From the NCBI GenBank assembly GCA_963737265.1, contig CAVTRY010000011.1, forward strand, positions 416,001 through 480,000: DNA of 64,000 bases, given 5' to 3'. Origin of the DNA: an uncultured delta proteobacterium (GTDB taxonomy: Bacteria; Myxococcota_A; Polyangia; Fen-1088). The position numbers and the translations under genes were made by a program. Below the pieces are notes generated by a model, which did not search any database, was not told the DNA's origin, and worked only from the letters and a program-made list of their open reading frames with translations. Positions 1 through 9,085 of this stretch are shown here, in pieces. The first letter of the stretch is position 1. Each line of letters begins with the position of its first letter.

Positions 1-154
1 GCAAATTTTCCACCCCGCAGCGCTGGCCGTCAAGCTCCAGGCGGGCTGCGATTGTGCGAAGGATTTCGGCCTTGCAGGCATGGGTGAAGGCGTGGCGCAC
101 ACCGTCAACCATTGGCGTGGCTTTGCAGGGCGCGGCATGGCCCGCCGAGGATCG

Positions 155-949
155 TCAATGTCGAGCTTTCCGTTTCGCCACTTTCGGCTTTTTCGTCACT
201 GCCCTCGATGGCTTCTTGGCTCTCGGTTTCTTGGCCTCGCCCGCGCCAAGATCCAGGCCGAAGATATCGGACAATTCGTCGTCGGCCAGAACCTTGGCGG
301 CCGTCGGGTCTTTCTTCGAAAGCGGCATCCCCTTCCCCGCCTTGGCAATGAGATCCTTCTCGTCGACCTTGCGCAACTTAAATAGCAGCTCCGGACGCTC
401 GTCGAGGCGAGCGCCGATGCCGTAGAGCACGGCGGCGACGTGCTTGCACATCGACGCCCAGTCGGGGCAGCTGCACGTGAGGTGGATCTCGGCGGGCGCG
501 GGGAACAGCCCGGTCTTCTGCCGGCAAATGCGTTCCATGACCCCTTTCGAGAAGCGCCCTTGCAAGAGTTCAACCAGCGAGTCGATGGCGCCGGCACAGT
601 CGGCGCAAATGGCATTCCAACGCGCCTTCGGCACGGCCGATACGTTCACCGCGACGTCGTAGATTTCCGACCCGCTGACGCGCGCCTTGATCTGGCCGGG
701 CGCGATTTGCAGGTCGACCACGGAGCCGTTGCGCACGTAGGTGCGCCCGCGCGGCAGCCGGTTGGAATAGTCGCTGTAGCCTTCGAGGTTGTCGCACCAC
801 GATTTTCCCCAGAAGGTCTTGGCGATGGTCCGGCCTTCGATCGCCACCGGCGACACCGGGTGGCCCTTCTTCGCGAGCTTCGCCATTTCGCGAGCTGCCT
901 TGCGCCGCCGCTCGGCCACGGAAACATAGGGACGCCATTCGTAGAACAT
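155..949 (-). CDS. SWIM zinc finger domain protein (SNF2-associated)
   Basis: CSCPD...CKH SWIM motif; RLPRGRTYVRNG segment typical of the family; starts 3 bp after the helicase stop. Confidence 0.9.
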   Translation of the reverse strand: MFYEWRPYVSVAERRRKAAREMAKLAKKGHPVSPVAIEGRTIAKTFWGKSWCDNLEGYSDYSNRLPRGRTYVRNGSVVDLQIAPGQIKARVSGSEIYDVAVNVSAVPKARWNAICADCAGAIDSLVELLQGRFSKGVMERICRQKTGLFPAPAEIHLTCSCPDWASMCKHVAAVLYGIGARLDERPELLFKLRKVDEKDLIAKAGKGMPLSKKDPTAAKVLADDELSDIFGLDLGAGEAKKPRAKKPSRAVTKKPKVAKRKARH

Positions 950-952
950 GCA

Positions 953-3775
953 TCACTCCTTCATCGCGGCTTTCAGATCCAGGGCCACGAGCCGCAGTAG
1001 CTCGTCGTCTTTCAGCTCGGTCAGGTTCAGCTCGCCACCGCCTTCGAGCAGTTCCTTCGAGAGCTGTTTCTTCGATTCGATGAGCTCGTCGATCTTCTCT
1101 TCGACGGTTCCCCGACACACGAACTTGTGAACCAGCACGTTCTTGGTTTGGCCGATGCGAAAGGCCCGGTCGGTGGCTTGGTTCTCAACGGCTGGGTTCC
1201 ACCAGCGATCGAAGTGCACGACGTGTGACGCCGCGGTGAGGTTCAGCCCCGATCCGCCGGCCTTGAGCGACAGCACGAAGAACGGAACCGATTCGTCCTC
1301 TTGAAAGCGCCGGACCAGATCCTTGCGCTTCTTCACTTCGGTCTCGCCGTGCAAGACCAATCCGGGACGACCGAACACACCGCCCAGGAACGAGGCCAGC
1401 GGCGCCGTCACTTCACGGAATTGGGTGAACACCAGCGCCTTCTCTTGCTTGGCGGCAATGACCTCGGCGAGATCGCGCAACCGCGCCCACTTGCCGCTGT
1501 CGTCCTCGGCCCAAGCTCCGTCGCCCAGCCATTGCGACGGATGATTGCAAATCTGCTTGAAGCGCATGAGGAAGGAGAGGACCAGTCCCTTGCGACGAAT
1601 GCCCTCGGCGTCGTCCAGTTGTTCAGCCAGATCGGTGACTGCCTGCTGATAGAGCGCGGCCTGCTTGCGACTAAGCTGGCAGAAGGCCTTCACCTCGGTC
1701 TTTTCCGGCAGATCCGAGATGACCGTCCGGTCGGTCTTGAGCCGCCGCAAGACGTACGGCCGGACCAGCTCACGCAGGGGACCGTATGGGTTGTGAGGCT
1801 TGTCCGCCAGACTCTTGGTGTAGCTTCCAAACTCCTTGGCCGAGCCGAGCAGCCCGGGATTGCAGAAGTCGAAGATCGACCACAGATCGCCGAGCCGGTT
1901 CTCAATGGGCGTGCCGGTGAGCGCGATACGCGCGTGCGCCACCAGCTTCTTGACCGCCTTGGTTTGCTTGGCGCCGGGATTCTTGATGGCTTGGGCTTCG
2001 TCGAGAATGGCTAGGTTCCACTTGGTCGTCGCAAGCCATGGGATGTGCAAGAGCGATCCATAGCTCGTAATCACCAGATCGACTTCCGCGACTCGCTCGG
2101 GCGACAGCGACGCCAACTCGTCCGCGGACACGGCGGACGTGTGCGCGACGAGCGCCATGAGACCGGGCGCAAAACGAGCGAGCTCATCGGCCCAGTTGGC
2201 GAGCAGCGAGGCCGGCGCCACCAGCAGGCTCGGCCGCGGCTTGCTCTTCGCCGAACCACGCAACACCAACAACAGCGACAAGACCTGGATGGTCTTGCCA
2301 AGCCCCATGTCGTCCGCAAGGCAAGCGCCGAGCCCCAGTCGCGAAAGCAGGTGCAGCCAGCGCACGCCAACCTCTTGGTAGGGGCGGAGCGTGCCGCGTA
2401 GATCGCGGCCCGGATCGATTTTGGCAAGCTCTTCTGGCGAACGCAGCCCCTTGAGCGTCTCGGCGAGCCACGGCCCCGCGACCACGCGCGACCAATCGGG
2501 ATCCGTGCCGGTCGCCGCCCCATCCTTGGTGACGTCCGCGCCCGCAAGCATGCGCATGGCCTCGGCAAACGTAAGCCCATCCTTGGCCGCGAGCCGCTCC
2601 GCCTCCTGGAAATGGGCCATCGTCCGCCGCAGGCGCTCGCTGTCGACTTCAACCCATTGCCCGCGAATGAGTGCGAGCCCGTTGGCGCTGGCCAGAATGT
2701 CCCTCACCTCGCGGGCGCTCAGGCTCTCGCCGTCGAGCGAGACCTCCATGCGAAAATCCAGCAAGGCGTCCTGCCCAAACGAAGCTGCCGCCTTTGTCCC
2801 GACGGTGGCCGTCACCTGTGGGCGGGACGGGCGCCCGGTCCGCCACGTCGCAGGCATGCGCACGACGACACCGGCACGCTCCAGTTGTGGCACGTCACCG
2901 AGAAATTGAAATGCCTCTCGCGGCGACCAGCGCAGCGGGTGGAAGATCTCGCCTGCGTCGACCATCTGTTTCAGCCAGGCACAAGATTCCGCCGCGCGCT
3001 GAACCGGCAGCAAGAGCGAGAGCAGCTTTTCCTTGTTGGCCGCGCCAGCGTAGTCGCGCAACGCCTGCCCGAGCGGCAGGTGCTGGGCTTTGCCGTGCGC
3101 CGACAGCCGGTGCGTGTAGGTCGCAAGAAATGCGAAGGGGGCAGTCTCGTCCTTGCGGTTCTCGGCGAGGTTGAAATGCACCTTGCCCACGACGTTCCAC
3201 GCCGGATGAAGGCGCTTGAGAAACTCCTGGACGGTAGTCTTTGCCTCGGCCAGCTCGACGAAACACGCCGTGCCAATAGCCGCCCAAAGTGAAATCAGGA
3301 CATCGGTCGTCAGGTATTCGGCGCCCGGCATCGCCGGAGCCGCGGCGGCCAGAGAATTGATGTCCTCGGGCGGCGACGGCGGTTCTAGCCGTCGTTGGTC
3401 TGGAAACCCTGGGAGGGTTTCCATGCCCGAGGCCCCTGCCTGCCCCTTTCCCCGCCGCTCGCTTCGCTCGGCCTCGCGCGATGGTTCGCGCCGAGCAAAG
3501 CTCGGCGGCTCCCCACGCGACTCGTCGACGTTAGGTCGGGCACAAAGCGCGGTGACAAATCGGCTGGCGAATTCCCGCCAGTAGGCGAAGACCGGAGGAA
3601 CCACCTCCTCCACCTCGGCCGCGCCAAGCCTCAAGAGTCCATGTCCCGCACCACGAGCAAACGCCCGCTCCATGCGTTCGCCGAATTCGGGAGCGAGCAT
3701 GGGCGCATCCTCCGACGGAGAAAGCAAGAGCCGGCCGTGGGGTGTCAGGCATGTGGTCAGGCGCGGTTCGTTCAA
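953..3775 (-). CDS. SNF2-family (SF2) helicase/ATPase
   Basis: LADDMGLGKT, DEAQ, TGTPIEN, SLKAGGSGLNL and QATDRAFRIGQ motifs. Start moved to TTG at 3775 because the upstream ATG (3898) lies inside a tRNA fragment; start uncertain. Confidence 0.93.
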   Translation of the reverse strand: MNEPRLTTCLTPHGRLLLSPSEDAPMLAPEFGERMERAFARGAGHGLLRLGAAEVEEVVPPVFAYWREFASRFVTALCARPNVDESRGEPPSFARREPSREAERSERRGKGQAGASGMETLPGFPDQRRLEPPSPPEDINSLAAAAPAMPGAEYLTTDVLISLWAAIGTACFVELAEAKTTVQEFLKRLHPAWNVVGKVHFNLAENRKDETAPFAFLATYTHRLSAHGKAQHLPLGQALRDYAGAANKEKLLSLLLPVQRAAESCAWLKQMVDAGEIFHPLRWSPREAFQFLGDVPQLERAGVVVRMPATWRTGRPSRPQVTATVGTKAAASFGQDALLDFRMEVSLDGESLSAREVRDILASANGLALIRGQWVEVDSERLRRTMAHFQEAERLAAKDGLTFAEAMRMLAGADVTKDGAATGTDPDWSRVVAGPWLAETLKGLRSPEELAKIDPGRDLRGTLRPYQEVGVRWLHLLSRLGLGACLADDMGLGKTIQVLSLLLVLRGSAKSKPRPSLLVAPASLLANWADELARFAPGLMALVAHTSAVSADELASLSPERVAEVDLVITSYGSLLHIPWLATTKWNLAILDEAQAIKNPGAKQTKAVKKLVAHARIALTGTPIENRLGDLWSIFDFCNPGLLGSAKEFGSYTKSLADKPHNPYGPLRELVRPYVLRRLKTDRTVISDLPEKTEVKAFCQLSRKQAALYQQAVTDLAEQLDDAEGIRRKGLVLSFLMRFKQICNHPSQWLGDGAWAEDDSGKWARLRDLAEVIAAKQEKALVFTQFREVTAPLASFLGGVFGRPGLVLHGETEVKKRKDLVRRFQEDESVPFFVLSLKAGGSGLNLTAASHVVHFDRWWNPAVENQATDRAFRIGQTKNVLVHKFVCRGTVEEKIDELIESKKQLSKELLEGGGELNLTELKDDELLRLVALDLKAAMKE
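3374..3516. repeat. Multi-hairpin palindromic (REP/RPE-like) element inside the helicase CDS
   Basis: Three perfect stems: CGACGGC/GCCGTCG (3374-3394), TGGAAACCCT-GGG-AGGGTTTCCA (3401-3423), CGCCGAGC-AAA-GCTCGGCG (3489-3507); encodes a low-complexity peptide; ends approximate. Confidence 0.6.
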
Positions 3776-3826
3776 GGCGACAGCTTCTCTCCGGATCTCC
3801 GCAGATCTTTCATACTGCTTCTCGGT

Positions 3827-3861
3827 ACCAAGTTCATACTTCCCGCCTCTCCGAACTTGGT
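3827..3861. repeat. 9-bp inverted repeat with 17-bp spacer beside the tRNA fragment
   Basis: ACCAAGTTC (3827-3835) / GAACTTGGT (3853-3861). Confidence 0.6.
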
Positions 3862-3870
3862 GAACACAGT

Positions 3871-3904
3871 AGTCTGGCGCGTCTACCAGTTCCGCCATCC
3901 CCGC
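3871..3904 (-). tRNA. 5' half of tRNA-Leu (fragment; probable att site)
   Basis: GCGGGGA-TG-GCGGAACTGGTAGACGC-G-CCAGA-CT: acceptor 5' strand, Leu-type D arm and anticodon stem 5' strand, then non-tRNA sequence; no 3' half seen in the window. Confidence 0.8.
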
Positions 3905-3973
3905 GCAATCATTTCAGCAGGTCAACCGCATGAACCGGTATCGGCATGAAGGACTCGTCCCGAGCACGTCACC

Positions 3974-4270
3974 ATGATCAGCACTCTGGCGGGACGGCGA
4001 ACGCTGCCGATTTCCGCGGAGCTTTTGGCGGAGCACGCGCTGGCCCTGCCGGGAGGCTGGGACTGGCCCGTCAGGCGGGCGGCGTTCGAGGCGATCTTGC
4101 GTCGGCTCTCCTCGGCACGCGCGCAGGAGTTGACAGTCGTGAAATCGCCGCGGGTCGGGCCATTCGGCGACTACACCTTGCGCAGCCGCCAGACCGGGGG
4201 CGATCTTCGCTACGCCATTCGCCTGTATTCGGTGGCCCCCCTGCAAGCACGCTGCAACTGTCCGGACTTC
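3974..4270 (+). pseudogene. N-terminal fragment of a SWIM zinc finger protein
   Basis: Protein-like sequence up to ...LQARCNCPDF, then no C-x-H ligands and an Arg-rich, non-protein-like read-through to 4654. Confidence 0.6.
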
Positions 4271-4681
4271 CCCGGGCTACTCGACAGGGGCCATTCGCGT
4301 CGTCACCGGCGGTGGCGTCGGCTCCAGCAGCGGGAATCCCTGCCAGGCAAGCTGCGTCTGCACCGGCGCCGGTGGCGCTGGCGCCGCCTTCGCTTCTTCG
4401 TCCCCGCGCTCACCTTTTCCAGCCTCCGGCTCCGTGCCCTCCCGTGCCCGCCGTGTTTGCTTTCCGCCGCTCCCCTCGTCGCGCGGGCTCCCCTCCGAGC
4501 CATCTTCCGCCCCAACAGGCTCGTCGGCGGTCGATACGGATCCGGCACGAGCAGGGACGCAAGCCCGGTGTTTCCCGTACTGAGAAACCAGCGCAGCGGC
4601 GCGTCCAAGTACGGCGTATGGTTTGGACTGGCGCGATTTGCCGCTCGGCGATAGGGTGCCGGGCTCGGGGTGCGGAAGCCC

Positions 4682-6004
4682 ATGACGGCCGACAATACGC
4701 GAGCGGATCCGGATCGAGTGGGGACATCAAGCGATGCCACCAGGGAAGAGGTGCGCGGACGCCGTGCGAGGACAAGCAACCTCGCGTCCGGCGAGGCCCG
4801 TGCGCGCGATGGGGATGGAAGGATCGTTCCCGCGATTGACGATGCCGCGGCAATTCCCTGCGCCGTGCTTGCGCCTGGCACGAAGGTTGGACGCTACCAA
4901 GTCGTGAAGCTGGTCGGCCAGGGCGGGATGGGGACAGTCTACGAGGCGCACGATGCGCGGCTGAATCGCAAGGTTGCGCTGAAAATCCTGGCCGATAGTC
5001 TCAAGGGTAAACGCAAGGCGGCCAAGCGGTTTTCCATCGAAGCGCAGGCCGCCGCGCGGCTCGTGCATCCCAACGTGGTGGGCATTTTTGATTTCGACGT
5101 GGAATGCGAGACGCCCTACATGGCCATGGAATTCTTGCATGGAGAAACCCTGGCATCGGTCATCGCCTGCGGCGGGTTGGCGGTCGAGCGCTTGGCGGAC
5201 ATCATGCTGGCGGTGTGTGCAGGCGTTCACGCCGCGCACGGGGCGGGCATCGTTCATCGCGACCTCAAGCCCAGCAATATCTTCCTGTGCCCGGACTGGA
5301 AGGGCAACGAGACCGCCCGCGTGCTCGATTTCGGCATCTCGAAGGTGGGCGGCGTTTCCAGCAGTGGGCTGACCCAAACCGGAGACATCATCGGGACGTC
5401 CCAGTATCTTTCGCCCGAGCAGGCCGCAGGCGCTCGCAACGTCAGCCCGTTTAGCGACCAGTATTCCCTCGGCGTCGTGATGTACGAATGCGTGACTCAG
5501 CGAACACCGCAACAGGGTCAGCCGCTCTACCGACTCCTTCGCAATGTCTCGAACGGGGAGCACACCCTGCCGCACTTGCTTCGTGCTGACTTGCCCGCCG
5601 GGTTCGAGACCATCATCGAAACCGCCATGCGTGTACGGCCGAAGGAGCGCTTTCCCTCGGTGTACGAAATGGGACAGGCGTTGTGTCCGTTCGCCTCGAT
5701 CGAGGGACGCCGCCAATTCGGCGACTTTTACCATCGCACGGACTCCTCGCCGATGGATTCGGCAGCGCTTGGCGAGATGGGCGGTTCGCGTCTTGCCCCG
5801 AGCACTACCGCGACCCGGCGCCTGCCGACCGAGCCACCACACACCTGGCAGCATCGCACGACGCGGACGTCTGCTCGCCCGGCTGGGCGAACGCGTTCCG
5901 TGCCGCTCGGGATCCGGTTGCGCAAGCCTCTTTTCGTGCTTTCCATTTTCGTCCTTGCGGCGATCGCCGCCTTGCTCACGGTGGGGCTTTCTCGCTCACC
6001 CTGA
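4682..6004 (+). CDS. Hanks-type Ser/Thr protein kinase with C-terminal TM segment
   Basis: GQGGMGTV, VALK, HRDLKPSN, DFG and SPE motifs; hydrophobic C-terminus. Confidence 0.93.
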   Translation: MTADNTRADPDRVGTSSDATREEVRGRRARTSNLASGEARARDGDGRIVPAIDDAAAIPCAVLAPGTKVGRYQVVKLVGQGGMGTVYEAHDARLNRKVALKILADSLKGKRKAAKRFSIEAQAAARLVHPNVVGIFDFDVECETPYMAMEFLHGETLASVIACGGLAVERLADIMLAVCAGVHAAHGAGIVHRDLKPSNIFLCPDWKGNETARVLDFGISKVGGVSSSGLTQTGDIIGTSQYLSPEQAAGARNVSPFSDQYSLGVVMYECVTQRTPQQGQPLYRLLRNVSNGEHTLPHLLRADLPAGFETIIETAMRVRPKERFPSVYEMGQALCPFASIEGRRQFGDFYHRTDSSPMDSAALGEMGGSRLAPSTTATRRLPTEPPHTWQHRTTRTSARPAGRTRSVPLGIRLRKPLFVLSIFVLAAIAALLTVGLSRSP

Positions 6005-6071
6005 TTCGACGGCGGGACAGTCAGTCGATTGTCCCTTGCATTCTCGGCAGGCCAACGGCAGCTTAGGGGCC

Positions 6072-6767
6072 GTGAAACCGACCGTCCTGTTGTTCGATGT
6101 CGACGGAACTTTGGTGACAACCTGTGGTGCCGGCCGGCGCGCCATCGAGCGTGCCTTCGAGCGGCGCCACGGCACGAAGGAGGTGTTGACCTTTTCCTTC
6201 GCCGGCATGACCGACAAGGCCATCGTTCGCAATGCGCTGCTTGCCCTGGGCGGCAAGTTCGCCACCGAAAGCGATCTTCAGACCGAGATGGAAGCCACGC
6301 TGTTGTTCTATCTCGACGTGCTGGCGGACGAAGTGGCCCGTACTCGCATTCGCATGCACGACGGAATGGAGCGCGCCATGGACATGGCGGACGCGCGTAA
6401 GGACGTCGCGCTCGGCTTGGGGACGGGCAACATTCGCAGGGGCGCCGCGATCAAACTCGGCTGCGTCGGCATTTTCGATCGGTTCAGCTTCGGCGGCTTC
6501 GGCGACGATTCAATCGAGCGGCCAGCCATTTTGATGGCGGGTGCGCGCCGGGGCGCGGACAAGCTGGGCGCAGAGATTGAGGACTGTCGGATCGTGGTCA
6601 TCGGCGACACGCCCAAGGACGTCGCTGCCGCCAAGGCCATCGGGGCGGACTCCATCGCGGTGGCCACCGGTGTGCACGACGTTGCCGATCTCAAGCAGTG
6701 CGACCCGACGGCTACGTTCGAAACCCTGGCGGACGCACGGGCCGCCGCGGCTCTGTTCGGGAAGTAG
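6072..6767 (+). CDS. HAD-superfamily hydrolase
   Basis: LFDVDGTL motif I, TGN, GDTPKD motif IV; GTG start inferred. Confidence 0.9.
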   Translation: MKPTVLLFDVDGTLVTTCGAGRRAIERAFERRHGTKEVLTFSFAGMTDKAIVRNALLALGGKFATESDLQTEMEATLLFYLDVLADEVARTRIRMHDGMERAMDMADARKDVALGLGTGNIRRGAAIKLGCVGIFDRFSFGGFGDDSIERPAILMAGARRGADKLGAEIEDCRIVVIGDTPKDVAAAKAIGADSIAVATGVHDVADLKQCDPTATFETLADARAAAALFGK

Positions 6768-6784
6768 AACGCCGAAGCGCCAGT

Positions 6785-7249
6785 TTAGGGCTCGGGTACG
6801 CTAAGCAGGATCCGGTCGCCGTCGACGACGGTTAGATAGGTCTCAAGAGCACGCGGCGGAGGCCCTTCCAGCACCTTGCCCGTGAGATCGAACAGTCCGG
6901 CGTGGCACGGACACTCGATCTTCTTCGAATCCGGGGCGTAGTTGAGGTCGCACTGTTCGTGGGGGCATTTGGCCTCGAAGGCGTGCGCGACCGTTTCGCT
7001 TTCGCGCACGAGCAGGAGCTCCTTGCCCCGGATCCGCGTGACCATCGATCCGCCGACCTTTTGCAGCTTGGGCGCCTTCGCCAACGGCACTGCCACCCAC
7101 TTTTTCCCGCCCAGAGCCATCTTGGGCCAGGCCACCAGGGCCAAGGCGATGCCGGCAAGGGTCGCGAAGAATCCACGCCGTGACGGCCGCGCCAAGGATT
7201 CATCCTTTTTCGACGCTGACTTGGTGTGGGAACAGCGGCAGTCTGACAT
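6785..7249 (-). CDS. Tat-exported Rieske (2Fe-2S) protein
   Basis: SRRGFF twin-arginine signal; CPHEQC and CPCHAGLF Rieske boxes; GPPPRAL. Confidence 0.92.
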   Translation of the reverse strand: MSDCRCSHTKSASKKDESLARPSRRGFFATLAGIALALVAWPKMALGGKKWVAVPLAKAPKLQKVGGSMVTRIRGKELLLVRESETVAHAFEAKCPHEQCDLNYAPDSKKIECPCHAGLFDLTGKVLEGPPPRALETYLTVVDGDRILLSVPEP

Positions 7250-7251
7250 AG

Positions 7252-8337
7252 CTAGTACTCCCTCGTGATGTTGAAGCCGATGACGAGCTTGCTCCATTGC
7301 GTGTCGGTGTTGGTGATGTACCCATCCGCGGTGAGGTACTGCGTGTTGCCGCAAACCAGGGCGAAGGTGTGACGGTTGGTAAAGAACTTCACACCGCCCG
7401 AAAAGGCCGGGTTCTTGGCGCAGAAGCCCGAGGCGCAGGAAACCATTTCGGCATCGAGCGAAACCGAGGCTGCCACGCGGTATTCAAGCCCCGCGGCTCC
7501 GGCTACCGACCATTTGTGCTTTTCATCGCTGTACTTGCGTCCGCTCATCGTGCTTGGACTAGAATTCGAATGATACATGGCCCCAGCCGTGGCGAGGAGA
7601 CGGTTGAAAAACAGGCGGCTGGCGAACGCCTGAGCGAACGGCCACAGCGCGTCCGGGTGCTCCGGCACCACGAACCACGACAGACCGCCGCGCACCATCA
7701 AGTCCACGCCCGAGTCCTCCTGATGAAGCGCACTCCAGCGCGCGTCGAGTTCGTAGGTGTCGAATACGGTACCGTTTACGCGGTAGAGCCCCACATCGAG
7801 AACGTCGAGAATGCCGTAGCGAAGCCCGAGGCCGACGGCAAGCGGCGCGTCGAATCCAAGAAAATTGTTCCACATGTCGGCGAAGGGGTGAGGGCTGTCC
7901 TTGTTGTAGATGGGCGAGGAAGAGCGGTGGTCGATGACGAAGTCAAAGCCACCCTTGCGAACCGTACGCCCCGTCGGCAAAGCCAGGATGCGGATGCGCT
8001 CTGGATATCCCTTGCCGTACCAGGCAGCGGACGGATCCGCCGCCGCCTGCTGCTCGAGGTCGACCACTTCATCCAAAACTTCGATGTCGTCCTCGGAAAT
8101 CTTGGCCGGCGCCTTGGGCGCGGGTGCCGGCACCACCGGCTCGGCGTCCTGGCTCGGTTTGGGCGTCGAGGCAGCGGCGGTGTCGGCTGCGGCGGGAGTG
8201 CCGGCGGCGGGATTGTCGGCGGCGGGAGTTTCCGCGGCGGGAGTTTCCGCGGCGGGAGTTTCCGCGGCGGGAGTTTCCGCGGCGGAAGTTTCCGCGGCAA
8301 GAGTCAGCGCTAGAACAATGAGAGCGATATTCGTCAT
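7252..8337 (-). CDS. Outer-membrane beta-barrel protein, DUF5777-like
   Basis: Signal peptide, low-complexity linker, KGGFDFVIDHR, amphipathic strands, terminal GFNITREY. Confidence 0.7.
   Translation of the reverse strand: MTNIALIVLALTLAAETSAAETPAAETPAAETPAAETPAADNPAAGTPAAADTAAASTPKPSQDAEPVVPAPAPKAPAKISEDDIEVLDEVVDLEQQAAADPSAAWYGKGYPERIRILALPTGRTVRKGGFDFVIDHRSSSPIYNKDSPHPFADMWNNFLGFDAPLAVGLGLRYGILDVLDVGLYRVNGTVFDTYELDARWSALHQEDSGVDLMVRGGLSWFVVPEHPDALWPFAQAFASRLFFNRLLATAGAMYHSNSSPSTMSGRKYSDEKHKWSVAGAAGLEYRVAASVSLDAEMVSCASGFCAKNPAFSGGVKFFTNRHTFALVCGNTQYLTADGYITNTDTQWSKLVIGFNITREY
8191..8295. repeat. 15-bp coding tandem repeat (AAETP)
   Basis: GGCGGGAGTTTCCGC x4 exact (8221-8280), plus one variant after and two degenerate copies before. 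Confidence 0.95.
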
Positions 8338-8408
8338 GGGTACCCCAATAAATCCGACTGGCGGCGGATTGTATACACGGCACAAGGTGGAATGGGAATT
8401 GTTTCGTC

Positions 8409-8948
8409 CTAGTTGTTGGGTGCGCCCGCGCTGACCCACGCGTGGAAGTTCTTCTTGTCGGTGGCGGTCAGGGCGGCCCCATTTCCGGTCGGCATGGTGC
8501 CGGCTTGAATCGCGCCGTCGGCAGCGGTCGCGTTGGCTTTCACGTTGGCGTAGGAGTCGAGTCCAATCCCAAGCACCGGGCTTGAGCCGCTGTGGCAGCC
8601 GGAGAGAGCGCAACTGGCGGCCATCAACGGCGCGATGGTCTTCGAATAGGTGACGGTTGCGGTCGTGGTTCCTCCCGCGGCGCCACCGCTTCCGCTGGCC
8701 GTTCCGCCGGCGCTGGTCGTGCCTCCCAGGTCGCCGCTGCCGCTATCAAGGCTGCCCGTATCCGTGCTGCCGCCCGCGCCGACCGTGCCTCCGGTGCTGC
8801 CTCCCGTCCCACTGGCCCCGCCAACCCCGGACGCCGTCGCGCCGCCGCTGATGGCGTAGGGAGACGGTTGTGCGTTCTTGTCGCCGCACGCAAAAAACAG
8901 ACAGGCGGAAAGGGATGCGGCGATCAGCGCGCTTGCAATACGTACCAT
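8409..8948 (-). CDS. Lipoprotein with Gly/Thr linker and cytochrome c-like C-terminal domain (CX4CH)
   Basis: Lipobox FFAC; CALSGCH; candidate distal Met in GTMP; W..AGAPNN end; AAAGGAG SD 5 nt before the ATG. Confidence 0.75.
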   Translation of the reverse strand: MVRIASALIAASLSACLFFACGDKNAQPSPYAISGGATASGVGGASGTGGSTGGTVGAGGSTDTGSLDSGSGDLGGTTSAGGTASGSGGAAGGTTTATVTYSKTIAPLMAASCALSGCHSGSSPVLGIGLDSYANVKANATAADGAIQAGTMPTGNGAALTATDKKNFHAWVSAGAPNN

Positions 8949-9085
8949 GAACACTCCTTTGGGCTACGACTTCTACGTGGACCTCGAAATCGACAGGCGA
9001 CCCGTCGTCGCGCCTAGTCTCCCCAAACAATGCGCAGGATGCAAGGGCCTGCCACGGTTTTCATCGAGGACAAACCGGGGGTGAT

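Noticed and set aside
3776-3898. N-terminal extension MAELVDAPDY... of the 981-aa helicase ORF
   Set aside because: The ATG lies within the tRNA-Leu fragment and the extension crosses the inverted repeat; it is a shadow translation
4277-4683. Minus-strand open stretch ending ...QTQLAWQGFPLLEPTPPPVTTRMAPVE*
   Set aside because: No in-frame ATG/GTG/TTG after the upstream stop and no recognisable domain; at most a gene remnant
8191-8295. Regular repeats as a possible CRISPR array (also 35731-35880)
   Set aside because: No unique spacers, unit lengths are multiples of 3 inside coding linkers, and no cas genes are present
9040-9054. sigma54-like TGGCAGGCCCTTGCA upstream of the cytochrome gene (a similar motif lies at 113-127)
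   Set aside because: GG-to-GC spacing is 9 nt rather than the required 10
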